Shown here: positions 1 to 9,180 of the stretch, piece by piece | Position numbering within the stretch: position 1 is the first letter of the stretch | Layout of the letters: every line of letters begins with the position of its first letter | From: an archaeon | Lineage (GTDB): Archaea > Nanobdellota > Nanobdellia > Woesearchaeales > UBA9642 | Assembly (NCBI GenBank): GCA_020057295.1 | Contig: JAGVGF010000006.1 | Coordinates: 96,001-160,000, forward strand | DNA length: 64,000 nucleotides | Direction of reading: 5' to 3' | Notes under the pieces: model-generated | Database searches by the model: none | What the model was told of the DNA's origin: nothing | The model's input: only the letters and a program-made list of their open reading frames with translations | Made by a program: the position numbers and the translations under genes

Positions 1-1011
1 ATTTATAATCATTACAGCCAGAAGCATGGATAATATTTCGAATAAGGTAAATACGAGCGAAAACCCGTAATTAAATATTGCACTGATAAATACTAGTATC
101 GGAACGACAAATAACGCTATCTGTATCGCGCTGCTAAGACCTATCTCGAGAGCGGTATCAATATCATTTTTTAGAGCAAAGTGTATAGCGGTAGATTTTT
201 CTGCCACATTAGTTAAAATTGCAATTAATATTACACCAATAAAAGTTTCAGTCATACCAAGCGAAGTTACGGCATGTTTTATAGTATTTACAAGTAATTC
301 CGATTCTAAAGCGACAAAGAGTACTGCAATCAATAATATTATAAAAGCAGTTTTTTTACTTAAAGTAGGTTTTTCTTTCGTTGCTTGTATCTCATCACTA
401 GAATCAAAAAGATGTTTATGAGTAAATAATGAAAATGATAATCCTGCTATGTACGTTAATGCCAAAACTATGGATATAGCATTACTTATTGCGACAGCAT
501 TCCCTAATATTACTATCTCGGTAGGGTCAGCATGGGATGTTAGTGAGTAAACCGTAGGAATTGCAAGTCCTGCAACAGCGATAATCAACATTGTTGAAGA
601 AACACCTACAGAATTTTTATTGAATTGTTGTTCTTTATACTTTAATCCACCGAAGAGAATACTAAGACCTGTTAATAATAACAGATTTCCTAAAATACTA
701 CCTATGATTGATGCCTGTACAACAATAACAAGTCCTTCACTTAAGGCAATAATTGCAATCATTAATTCGATAATATTTCCAAATGTTGCATTAACAAGTC
801 CTCCGATAGTAGGATTGCTTTGCAAAACAATTTCCTTAGTACAATATCCTATGATTGTCGCTAAAGGAAGTATTGCAAGTATTGAACTAATAAACGCCAT
901 TGTTTGATTATCAGTAAAAAAAGAGAAATATACACTTATAGGAATAAATATTAACATCCATAAAATAATTTTTTCTAAAACATTAAGTACTATTTTCTTC
1001 GAATGAGTCAT
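1..1011 (-). CDS. cax: Ca2+/H+ antiporter (CaCA/CAX family), runs off the window edge
   Basis: Manual minus-strand translation from ATG 1011: MTHSKKIVLN...GGLVNATFGNIIELMIAIIAL...QASIIGSILGNLLL (CaCA alpha-1 repeat), highly hydrophobic; absent from the ORF track because it has no stop in the window. Confidence 0.88.
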   Translation of the reverse strand, partial: MTHSKKIVLNVLEKIILWMLIFIPISVYFSFFTDNQTMAFISSILAILPLATIIGYCTKEIVLQSNPTIGGLVNATFGNIIELMIAIIALSEGLVIVVQASIIGSILGNLLLLTGLSILFGGLKYKEQQFNKNSVGVSSTMLIIAVAGLAIPTVYSLTSHADPTEIVILGNAVAISNAISIVLALTYIAGLSFSLFTHKHLFDSSDEIQATKEKPTLSKKTAFIILLIAVLFVALESELLVNTIKHAVTSLGMTETFIGVILIAILTNVAEKSTAIHFALKNDIDTALEIGLSSAIQIALFVVPILVFISAIFNYGFSLVFTLFEILSMLLAVMIIN

Positions 1012-1103
1012 TAACGTTCCGTGTGAATAAGGATTTATATAGTTTTCTTAAAAAGTGTCAAGAAATATAAATTAAAACGCAACAAAAGTGATTTATTCAG
1101 AAT

Positions 1104-1943
1104 CTATTTCGGAAATGATTTTACTTGAGGTAATAATTTAGCTATTTCTTTAGCTGCAACATCGTGTAAAATACTATTTGTTGCAAAATAAGATCTTGTA
1201 AGAACGCTACTTGATGCAGTGTAATCAATAGGTAAATCGTCAAGAGTTCTTAGTTTTCCGCCCGCTTCTTCTAATAGTATTTGTGGTCCACAAACATCCC
1301 ATTTACTAGATGCATAATTAGTATTTACGTGAATATCGAACTCTCCCATTGCAAGTCTCGCGAGCTTAATCCCGCTGCTTCCTTCTGGAATCTTGCTCTT
1401 TACTAAAAGATTATCCGAAACTACATCAAGATCGCGACTATTATTAAAGTTATTTCTAGTTACAAGAATTGCATCAGATAGAACACCAATCTTACTAACA
1501 GATAAACGTTTAGTTATCTCATTGTGAAAATAATATGCTCCCTTTCCTTTCTCTGCAAACCACAGCCTTTTATCTGTTGGGGCATAAACCAAACCAAATT
1601 CTGGAACTCCATTAATACATAAACCAATTATTATTGAAAACGAATCTGAATTACCAACAAATTCTTTTGTTCCATCAAGAGGGTCAATCATCCACACCCT
1701 TCCAGAGTAGCTAGGAGGTATAGCACCATTTTCTTCAGATAGAATATCATCCTTTGGAAATAATTTTTTAAACTCGCTTCTCAAAAAATCATCCGATTCT
1801 CTATCAGCAATAGTTACTGGATCAAATTTATCTCTCTTATAATCTACAGAAAAATCCTTACGATAATACTTCAATAAAATATTTCCAGCTTCTTCTACAA
1901 TAGGGAAAACTTTATCTAATAAAATAATATTGTGATTATTCAT
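1104..1943 (-). CDS. cysQ: 3'(2'),5'-bisphosphate nucleotidase / inositol monophosphatase family
   Basis: DPVTIAD, ILSEE, WMIDPLDGTKEF and WD..G..ILLEEAGG motifs. Confidence 0.85.
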   Translation of the reverse strand: MNNHNIILLDKVFPIVEEAGNILLKYYRKDFSVDYKRDKFDPVTIADRESDDFLRSEFKKLFPKDDILSEENGAIPPSYSGRVWMIDPLDGTKEFVGNSDSFSIIIGLCINGVPEFGLVYAPTDKRLWFAEKGKGAYYFHNEITKRLSVSKIGVLSDAILVTRNNFNNSRDLDVVSDNLLVKSKIPEGSSGIKLARLAMGEFDIHVNTNYASSKWDVCGPQILLEEAGGKLRTLDDLPIDYTASSSVLTRSYFATNSILHDVAAKEIAKLLPQVKSFPK

Positions 1944-1981
1944 ATCAAATAGGTAGAATACAATATTAATTTAAAAATTTA

Positions 1982-2024
1982 TGGGCTTCCCAAGAGTCGA
2001 ACCCGGGGTCTTTCCGTTGCGAAC
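1982..2024 (-). pseudogene. tRNA 3'-half fragment (anticodon loop to acceptor end)
   Basis: Minus strand GTTCGCAACGGAAAGACCCCGGGTTCGACTCTTGGGAAGCCCA; 24 bp (2001-2024) identical to tRNA-Ala 2125-2148; T-arm intact; no matching 5' half. Confidence 0.75.
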
Positions 2025-2028
2025 ACAC

Positions 2029-2083
2029 GTACCCTTTACAAAAGGTTACATCGAAAGTAATCAAGGACAACATAAAGTTGTCC
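2029..2083 (-). repeat. Two-hairpin cassette, copy 1
   Basis: GGACAAC-TTTAT-GTTGTCC followed by TTTCGAT-GTAACCTTT-TGT-AAAGGGTAC; similar to 34540-34591. Confidence 0.6.
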
Positions 2084-2105
2084 GAATTTCTACAATAAAA
2101 TAACA

Positions 2106-2177
2106 TGGACAAGCCGGGAATCGGACCCGGGGTCTTTCCGTTGCGAACGGAACGTATTACCATTCTACTACTTGCCC
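2106..2177 (-). tRNA. tRNA-Ala(CGC), no intron, CCA not encoded
   Basis: GGGCAAG/CTTGTCC acceptor with G3:U70, anticodon arm TTCCG-TTCGCAA-CGGAA, T-arm CCGGG-TCCGATT-CCCGG, discriminator A. Confidence 0.93.
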
Positions 2178-2245
2178 AATTATTAACAATTTAATAAAAG
2201 GTATTATAAACAAACTTTATAAATTATTCTCTTATCTTGAATGAT

Positions 2246-3943
2246 ATGAATATCAGTGAATTACAATTAAGTATCAGAAAGCATGCATTAGCTAATGCTG
2301 TAAAATTCAATGGAAAAGCTAATCCTGGTTCTGTAATAGCAAAGATAATTGCAGAATTTCCGGAAGCAAAATCTGATATGAAAACAGTAAGTAAAGAAGT
2401 TAATGAAATTATAAAACATATCAACGAATTACCTTTGGATGTGCAAATGCATGAGTTAGAAGAACAATTTCCAGAAATGTTAGAAAAGAAGGAAAGAGAA
2501 GAAAGAAATATTTTTGCATTCTTAAATATTAAACCAGGAGAGAGGGTAAAAACGGGATTTCCGCCAGGACCGGAAAAATATCCGCATATAGGACATGCAA
2601 AATCTGCATTAGTAAATTATCTAATAGCAAAACAGTATGGCGGAGAATTTGTATTAAGATTTGAAGATACAAATCCTAATCTTGTAAAAGCAGAATTTTA
2701 CGACGTGATACAAGATAACTTAGCTTGGGTAGGGGCTAAATGGGATGAGTTACAATATGCTTCTGATTATATGGAATTATTTTATGAGTATGCTCTTAAA
2801 GTAATACAAAACGATAAGGCGTATATGTGTTTCTGTGATGATGAAAAAATAAAAAAATCAAGAGCTGAAGGACAAGCATGCAAGTGCAGATCACATACTG
2901 TTGCTGAAAATCTAAAATATTGGAACGAGTATAATACATATCCTGAAGGTAAAGCAATACTTAGACTAAAAATTGATTTAGAACATCAAAATAGCACAAT
3001 GCGTGATCCTACTATATTTAGGATTATAGATACGCCACATGCAAGACATGGAACAAAATATCGTATATGGCCTAATTATGATTTCCAAAATTCTATAATG
3101 GATGGATATTTCAAATTAACTCACCGCATACGTGGAAAAGAGTTTGAGATGCGTAACGAATTACAAAGATATATACAAGAAATATTAGAATTACCTCAAA
3201 CAAACATCTACGAATATGCCAGATTTAATATGGTGGGTGTTGAAAGTTCTGGCAGAAAAATAAGAGAATTAGTTCAGAGCGGAGAGTATATTGGATGGGA
3301 TGATCCTAGACTAACAACTATAGTAGCTCTTAGAAGAAGAGGATTTCTTCCAGAGGCAATAAAAAATTTTGTGTTAAGTAGTGGAATGAATAAATCCGAA
3401 AGTACAATGACTTGGGATGATTTGATAATACAAAACAAAAGAATAGTGGATAAGACAGCTAAAAGGTTTTTCATGATGCATGATTATGAAACAATAACAA
3501 TAGAAGGAGCACCACATCAAATATTAAAATTAAGATATCACCCAGATATTGATGAATTAGGACATAGAGAATTAGAAGTAGAAAAAGAATTTTTAATACT
3601 AAAATCCGACTTAAAAGAATTGAAAGATAATGATTTATACAGGTTTATGGATTGTTTAAACTTTAGAAAAAACGAGCAAATATATACTTTTGATAGTCAA
3701 GAATATGAACATTTTAAAAATAAAGGCAGAAAAATAATGCACTATCTACCAGCGTATGGAAATATAGATGTAGAGATATTTATGACTGATGCAACAATCA
3801 TTAGTGGAGTTGCAGAGCATAATATAAGGCATTTAAAAGTTAACGAAGTGATACAATTTGAAAGATTCGGATTCTGTCGATTAGATGCAATAGAAAAAAA
3901 GAATGGAAAAGAAATTTACAAATTCTGGTTCACACACAAATAA
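2246..3943 (+). CDS. gltX: Glutamate--tRNA ligase (archaeal type)
   Basis: HIGH motif, LRFEDTNP, RIWPNYDF, GWDDPRL, QFERFGF; ATG 2246 preferred over TTG 2237. Confidence 0.95.
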   Translation: MNISELQLSIRKHALANAVKFNGKANPGSVIAKIIAEFPEAKSDMKTVSKEVNEIIKHINELPLDVQMHELEEQFPEMLEKKEREERNIFAFLNIKPGERVKTGFPPGPEKYPHIGHAKSALVNYLIAKQYGGEFVLRFEDTNPNLVKAEFYDVIQDNLAWVGAKWDELQYASDYMELFYEYALKVIQNDKAYMCFCDDEKIKKSRAEGQACKCRSHTVAENLKYWNEYNTYPEGKAILRLKIDLEHQNSTMRDPTIFRIIDTPHARHGTKYRIWPNYDFQNSIMDGYFKLTHRIRGKEFEMRNELQRYIQEILELPQTNIYEYARFNMVGVESSGRKIRELVQSGEYIGWDDPRLTTIVALRRRGFLPEAIKNFVLSSGMNKSESTMTWDDLIIQNKRIVDKTAKRFFMMHDYETITIEGAPHQILKLRYHPDIDELGHRELEVEKEFLILKSDLKELKDNDLYRFMDCLNFRKNEQIYTFDSQEYEHFKNKGRKIMHYLPAYGNIDVEIFMTDATIISGVAEHNIRHLKVNEVIQFERFGFCRLDAIEKKNGKEIYKFWFTHK

Positions 3944-3945
3944 AA

Positions 3946-4383
3946 CTAACACACAGATAAAATCTTTGCATCTTCAATTTGTTTTTTGTTTCTCAAAGCA
4001 CGATATGTGGTTATGGGTCCGCGAGTTATCGAATTCTTAACAACGCCATAAGCCGTTCCTAGAGCATGTCCAACTGCACCAGTTGCATATCCAGCAACTA
4101 ATCCCAAAGGTACGCTAAGACCGCCTGATATTATTGCCATAGGAAGATATGTGCCAGTAATTGAATCATCATAAGGGAAACTGTTACCAGCCAAAAAATT
4201 CCAAGCACAATATCCTGCTAACGATGCTAAGCCTAAAAATGTTGCTCCTCCGCCTAAAAGAGCGGTTGTGCAACTTACATTATCAGCACAGTTGGAGACA
4301 GATTCTCTTATTTTATAATTTTCAAATAGTTCTCTATTAACTACGTTTTCTAAATCTTTATTTTTTGTAATTGTATTGTTCAT
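3946..4383 (-). CDS. Hypothetical membrane protein with glycine-zipper segments
   Basis: 145 aa ORF, SD-like GAGGGG, two Gly/Ala-rich hydrophobic stretches. Confidence 0.7.
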   Translation of the reverse strand: MNNTITKNKDLENVVNRELFENYKIRESVSNCADNVSCTTALLGGGATFLGLASLAGYCAWNFLAGNSFPYDDSITGTYLPMAIISGGLSVPLGLVAGYATGAVGHALGTAYGVVKNSITRGPITTYRALRNKKQIEDAKILSVC

Positions 4384-4447
4384 TGTTAATCCCCTCTTTT
4401 TTAGAGATAAAAAATCTCTTATATACCACTATGTAGTGAATATTATA

Positions 4448-4488
4448 TTTAAATGTTTGTTGGTTTAAAAAACCGACATATTTATATA
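4448..4488. promoter_or_regulatory. Back-to-back TATA boxes flanking a palindromic operator
   Basis: TTTAAAT-gtt-TGTTGGTTT-aaa-AAACCGACA-ta-TTTATATA between divergent genes. Confidence 0.6.
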
Positions 4489-4509
4489 GCTAAATTATTA
4501 AATTAGAGC

Positions 4510-5241
4510 ATGACCAATCAAGCACTCGTTGATGCTCTTAATTTTTATGGATTCTCAGATAAAGAAACAAAAGTGTATCTCACAACACTAGAATTAGGTT
4601 CAGCCACAGCACAAGCCATATCCGAAAGAAGTACTCTTAACAGATCAACAGTATACGACATATTGCGATCACTAATATCTAAAGGAATAATATCTAATTC
4701 AGAAAAAAATTCTACACAGTACTTTGAAGCAGCAGGACCAGAAAAGCTTTTAGGAATACTAGATGAAAAACGTAACAAAATACAAAACGTGATGAAAGAA
4801 TTAAAGTTAGTGCAAGAATACGTAGTAAATAAACCAAAAGTAAGAGTTTTTACAGGAAAAGAAGGATTCAACACAGTGTTGGAAGATATATTATACACGA
4901 AAAAACATACAGATGTAATATCAACATCAAAAATATTTGACATAATGAGATTTGACTTTCCACACTATATAATAAACAGAGCCAAATATGGAATTACAGC
5001 GAGAGTAATACAAGAAGACTCGCAGGAAACAAAAGATCTAAAAAAATCTGACAAGAAACAATTAAGAGAAACAAGATCTATAAAATCATGGAATATAAAC
5101 AGCATGATGTTCATGTACTCAAACAAAACAGCAATAATAAAATTAGTAGAAGGAGAAATAATAAGCATATTAATCGAGGATAAAACATTATATGAAGATA
5201 ATGAAAAAATATTTGAAGTTCTTTGGGAAAAAGCAAAATAA
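4510..5241 (+). CDS. TrmB family transcriptional regulator
   Basis: GFSDKETKVYLTTLELG...RSTVYDILRSLISKG wHTH; V.VF.GKEG; C-terminal FEVLWEKA. Confidence 0.88.
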   Translation: MTNQALVDALNFYGFSDKETKVYLTTLELGSATAQAISERSTLNRSTVYDILRSLISKGIISNSEKNSTQYFEAAGPEKLLGILDEKRNKIQNVMKELKLVQEYVVNKPKVRVFTGKEGFNTVLEDILYTKKHTDVISTSKIFDIMRFDFPHYIINRAKYGITARVIQEDSQETKDLKKSDKKQLRETRSIKSWNINSMMFMYSNKTAIIKLVEGEIISILIEDKTLYEDNEKIFEVLWEKAK

Positions 5242-5286
5242 TTAAATTTATATACAATATAACTAATAAAATCTAAAGGTGATATC

Positions 5287-5457
5287 ATGAATGAATGGGT
5301 TATAGTTAAGACGAAAATTAAGGAAATGGTTGGAACATATAATGTATCACAAGATTTTACAGAAACATTAAATGCTAAAGTAAAACAGATGATACAAGAC
5401 TCTATGAAAAGAGCAGAAGCTAATGGTAGAAAGACAGTCATGGGACGAGACTTATAA
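5287..5457 (+). CDS. Histone-fold protein (DUF1931-like, 56 aa)
   Basis: Manual translation MNEWVIVKTKIKEMVGTYNVSQDFTETLNAKVKQMIQDSMKRAEANGRKTVMGRDL; SD AGGTGA and TATA upstream; histone RKTV...D motif. Confidence 0.88.
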   Translation: MNEWVIVKTKIKEMVGTYNVSQDFTETLNAKVKQMIQDSMKRAEANGRKTVMGRDL

Positions 5458-5465
5458 GAATTTTT

Positions 5466-5894
5466 TTATACATAACTTTTTTGTTCTAATAACATTTTCA
5501 GTCGAAGAATAGTACTTTGTAAAATAGGAATCTTAGGATTATGTTTGTCTGTAGACTTTACTTTTATCAACAATAATTCAGCATTTTCCAAATCATTTCT
5601 CAACTCAAGAAGTAAAGGATCATCAATAATTCGTTTAACTTTCTCGTCAATTTTTTCAACAATTTTTGTTTTAGTAAATACAGGCTTTAAAGGATAATGC
5701 AAAGGAATGTGAGACACTTTCTCGTCAATAGTTTTTTCTATTTTATTTTTTATTAAGGGTTTAAATTCTTGAATAGGTCTAGCAGAAGTAACAGTTGGCA
5801 ATACAGAACTCGACTTGAATATTTTATTTAACAATCTATCTTTCTGTGCACTAAGTACTAAATGAGCATATAAATCTAGACGAGGATTTATCAT
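5466..5894 (-). CDS. Hypothetical protein, C-terminal coiled coil
   Basis: 142 aa ORF directly downstream of 5896..6462. Confidence 0.65.
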   Translation of the reverse strand: MINPRLDLYAHLVLSAQKDRLLNKIFKSSSVLPTVTSARPIQEFKPLIKNKIEKTIDEKVSHIPLHYPLKPVFTKTKIVEKIDEKVKRIIDDPLLLELRNDLENAELLLIKVKSTDKHNPKIPILQSTILRLKMLLEQKSYV

Positions 5895-5895
5895 T

Positions 5896-6462
5896 TTACA
5901 TTAATCCTAAGAATTTTTTTCTTGAAGTTGGAGGACCATCTAATGGAGGCATCTGATCCATTGGAGGAAGATCATTCATCGGAGAAAATTGCCCCTGATT
6001 AAAATTCATCGACGGAATAGCATTATTAGGTTGCATCGTAGGAGGCATCATAGTCCTATTATTAATATTATTTACTGACGGAGGATTCATCTGCACATTA
6101 TTCATCATAGGTGATTGTATAGATTGATTACCACCTTGCATCGAAGTTTTTGCAACAGTTAAATTGTCGTTAATAGCAAGTAATGCTTTTGCAATCATCT
6201 CGTTCTGTTCTAACAATTTATCTAATTTCTCTGTAGGTTTTGAAGCTTGATATTCTTCAATTATGTCCTTCTGTGCATCGTCAAGAATAGTTATCAATCT
6301 ATTAACCGATATTGTAAGTCTATCCATAGAATCTATTAATGCACGACCTTTTTCGCCATCAGTTAAAGAACCTCGCTTAATTATTGATAGTTCCTTACGT
6401 AAATCGTCAATCTCATGTTTAGGCATGAGCTCGTAATCATCAGAATCTGGACCATTATCCAT
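5896..6462 (-). CDS. Hypothetical coiled-coil protein with M/P/N/Q-rich tail
   Basis: 188 aa, SD GGGGTG, heptad-rich N-half, low-complexity C-half ending RKKFLGLM. Confidence 0.75.
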   Translation of the reverse strand: MDNGPDSDDYELMPKHEIDDLRKELSIIKRGSLTDGEKGRALIDSMDRLTISVNRLITILDDAQKDIIEEYQASKPTEKLDKLLEQNEMIAKALLAINDNLTVAKTSMQGGNQSIQSPMMNNVQMNPPSVNNINNRTMMPPTMQPNNAIPSMNFNQGQFSPMNDLPPMDQMPPLDGPPTSRKKFLGLM

Positions 6463-6606
6463 ACTACACCCCTTTCAATAAGAATACTAGTATTTTGATT
6501 TATATATTTTTCCCTTTTGATAGACTTATTATCGAATAGCATTATCAGATAAATTATCGAACAGTATTTAAAAAAAATTTATAAATATACCACAATTTAT
6601 CAGTTT

Positions 6607-7926
6607 ATGATTGATATAAAGCTCATTAGAGAAAATCCTGAACGTGTAAAGGATAATATTAGAAGAAAGTTTCAAGATGAAAAAATAAAATTTGTAGATG
6701 AAATTCTAGAATGGGATAGAGAACTAAAAATAATTAAAGGAGAGTCTGAATCATTAAGAAACCGAAGAAATGTATTGAGTGAAGAGATAAATAAACTGAA
6801 GAAAGAAAAAAAGGAAATAACTCACGTATTACAAGAAGTTAAAGAAATACCTGAAAAAATTAAGAAGATAGAGGAAAAAATATTACATTTAGAAGATAAA
6901 ATCAATAAGAATATGCTTCAGATACCAAATATCATTTATGAAAATACACCCTCAGGAAAAGATGCTGGTGAAAATGTTGAATTAAGACGTTGGGGAACTA
7001 TTAAAAAGTTTGATTTTACACCAAAGACACACATAGAATTAGCTGAAAGTCTTGATATAGCAGATTGGGATGCTTCAGCAAAAGTTTCTGGGACAGGATT
7101 TTATTATTTAAAAAATGAATTAGCATTATTAAATCAGGCATTGATAAGATTTGCTATAGATTTTATGATAAATAAAAATTATGAGTATATAGAACCACCA
7201 TTAATGTTGAATGAAAAAGCAATATTTGCATCTATGGATAAGACAGCAATAGAACAATCAGTATACTCTATAAAAGATGAAGATCTTAATTTAATAGGAA
7301 CGTCTGAACAAGCAATACTTGCAATGCATACTAATGATACAATTCCAGAATCAGAATTGCCTAAAAAATATTTTTCATATTCTATGTGTTTTAGAAAAGA
7401 AATCGGAGCGCACGGTATAAATGAGAAAGGATTATGGAGAACACATCAATTTAACAAAGTAGAGCAATTCATTTTTTGCAGTCCAGAGGATTCAGAAAAA
7501 TATTATGATGAGTTGTTGAATAATTCGGAAAAAATATTACAAGCACTAGAAGTACCATATAGAGTAATAGAACTTTGTACAGGAGATTTAGCGGATTGGA
7601 AATATAGAAGTGCAGATGTAGAAGTATGGAGACCAACAACAAACGAATACGGTGAAGTAATGTCTTTATCAAATTGTACAGAATATCAGGCAAGAAAATT
7701 AAATATTAGATGCGTAGATAAAAAAGGAAATAAACGAGTTTTACATACACTGAATGACACAGCACTAGCAACATCAAGAATAATGGTTGCAATCTTAGAA
7801 AATAATCAGAATATAGATGGTAGCGTCACAATACCAAAAGTCCTTGTGCCATTTATGCATGGACGTACAGTCATTGCTCCAAAAAACAGAGTTCAGACAG
7901 CATTTACAGGACAAGAAAAAGAATAA
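6607..7926 (+). CDS. serS: Serine--tRNA ligase
   Basis: MIDIKLIREN start, LIGTSE, FRKE motif 2, HQFNKVEQF, HTLN.TALA..R. Confidence 0.96.
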   Translation: MIDIKLIRENPERVKDNIRRKFQDEKIKFVDEILEWDRELKIIKGESESLRNRRNVLSEEINKLKKEKKEITHVLQEVKEIPEKIKKIEEKILHLEDKINKNMLQIPNIIYENTPSGKDAGENVELRRWGTIKKFDFTPKTHIELAESLDIADWDASAKVSGTGFYYLKNELALLNQALIRFAIDFMINKNYEYIEPPLMLNEKAIFASMDKTAIEQSVYSIKDEDLNLIGTSEQAILAMHTNDTIPESELPKKYFSYSMCFRKEIGAHGINEKGLWRTHQFNKVEQFIFCSPEDSEKYYDELLNNSEKILQALEVPYRVIELCTGDLADWKYRSADVEVWRPTTNEYGEVMSLSNCTEYQARKLNIRCVDKKGNKRVLHTLNDTALATSRIMVAILENNQNIDGSVTIPKVLVPFMHGRTVIAPKNRVQTAFTGQEKE

Positions 7927-8014
7927 TTCTCACTTAATAGTGACAAATTTCGTAAAGTATTTAAAGCAAAGAATTTGTCATTCAAATATAAAAATAGTAG
8001 AACAACTTATAAAA

Positions 8015-8740
8015 ATGAACAATCCAACATTAGAATCAATAGCAAAAGAACCTTTCAAAAGAGATATAAGAGGAAGAGTAATATGGTTCAAAGAAGATAA
8101 TGCTCGACTCGCAGCAGCATACGTCTTGAAAAATCTAGGTTATGATCTCGATATGCCTCGAGAGAAAAAAGTTCAATTTCTAGAACAAATAACAGAATAT
8201 AAAAGTATAATAACTCCCAAACATAACGGCGCAACAGGATTCTTATGTGAAAGGGCAAACCTTGCAGGATTATTAAATCACAGCAGGGCATATATGGACT
8301 ACGTAAAAAGCAGTCCGTTAGAATTCTTCAAATGGTTAGATCCGACTATTTTAGATACTAAAGAACAACATCATGTGCATGAATGGGACTTATCAATGAA
8401 TTATTGGGATGATAAACATTATGATATTCATGAGAGAAAGATTAGAAATGCTGTTCAGCATATGTTTGAGGAAAAACTTGGATACAGTTCAATAATGAGT
8501 CCTGAAGAGAAAGTAGAAACGTTTAGGAGTATGTTTGAATATAAAAATTCTGGAGAAGGAGGAGCTTTAAAATACTGTTACAACGTTCTTAAATTAAGAG
8601 GATTGATGAGTATTAAAAGGTCATATCTTGAAAATGTCACAGGAAGTCATCATGCACTTCTAAAATGGTTTTTTGAAGAAGACAAGGAAACTTGGAAGCT
8701 AATAGAAGAAAAATACTATAAAGGTAGAAAAGAAAAATAA
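8015..8740 (+). CDS. Hypothetical two-repeat protein (DUF4046-like)
   Basis: ATG 8015 chosen because the longer ORF overlaps serS; two ~100-aa repeats W..(E)N/KLGY..EYK..G..L.GL..R.Y..S...KW. Confidence 0.65.
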   Translation: MNNPTLESIAKEPFKRDIRGRVIWFKEDNARLAAAYVLKNLGYDLDMPREKKVQFLEQITEYKSIITPKHNGATGFLCERANLAGLLNHSRAYMDYVKSSPLEFFKWLDPTILDTKEQHHVHEWDLSMNYWDDKHYDIHERKIRNAVQHMFEEKLGYSSIMSPEEKVETFRSMFEYKNSGEGGALKYCYNVLKLRGLMSIKRSYLENVTGSHHALLKWFFEEDKETWKLIEEKYYKGRKEK

Positions 8741-8746
8741 TTCAAA

Positions 8747-9121
8747 TTACCAAGTCTCAAATCTTTTATCCATTGCTTCATTAAGTAGCTTATCGGCACC
8801 CAATGATTTGTCAACTACAATATTTGTTTTTCCACAATAAGGACACTTAGAAACTTCTTGCGTAGATTTTCTGGAAAACTTGTAATGACAGCTGGTACAG
8901 ATATATCTAACCATCTTTTCAGTCTTTTCTGAAGTCTTCTTAACTGGTGGTTTATGTTCAGCAGCAATTTCCGAGACACTAGCTGTTGCACCCTTTAATG
9001 AAGAATTACGCTTATAACAGTCTACACATATCATATTTTCTCCACTAGAATCGGTTCTCATGTTGTGCATTAAGACTTTTCTACCACAACTTCTACATAC
9101 AATTAATAAATTATCATCCAT
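8747..9121 (-). CDS. Small zinc-ribbon protein
   Basis: CRSC, CVDC, CTSC, CPYC pairs; SD AGGTGA. Confidence 0.75.
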   Translation of the reverse strand: MDDNLLIVCRSCGRKVLMHNMRTDSSGENMICVDCYKRNSSLKGATASVSEIAAEHKPPVKKTSEKTEKMVRYICTSCHYKFSRKSTQEVSKCPYCGKTNIVVDKSLGADKLLNEAMDKRFETW

Positions 9122-9180
9122 AATAATCACCTACAATCGTTAATAACTATTCTATAATAGTGTAAAGATATTGTATTTAT

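Noticed and set aside
620-907. 95-aa plus-strand ORF
   Set aside because: Antisense shadow of the Ca2+/H+ antiporter
1982-2148. 24-bp direct repeat as a mini CRISPR array
   Set aside because: Only two copies, the repeat is tRNA sequence, the spacing is 100 bp, and there are no cas genes
1966-2163. 65-aa ORF
   Set aside because: Overlaps tRNA-Ala and its fragment; spurious
4965-5441. 158-aa minus-strand ORF
   Set aside because: Antisense to the TrmB and histone genes
7817-8014. N-terminal extension of ORF 7817..8740
   Set aside because: Overlaps serS and a promoter-like region; ATG 8015 is more plausible
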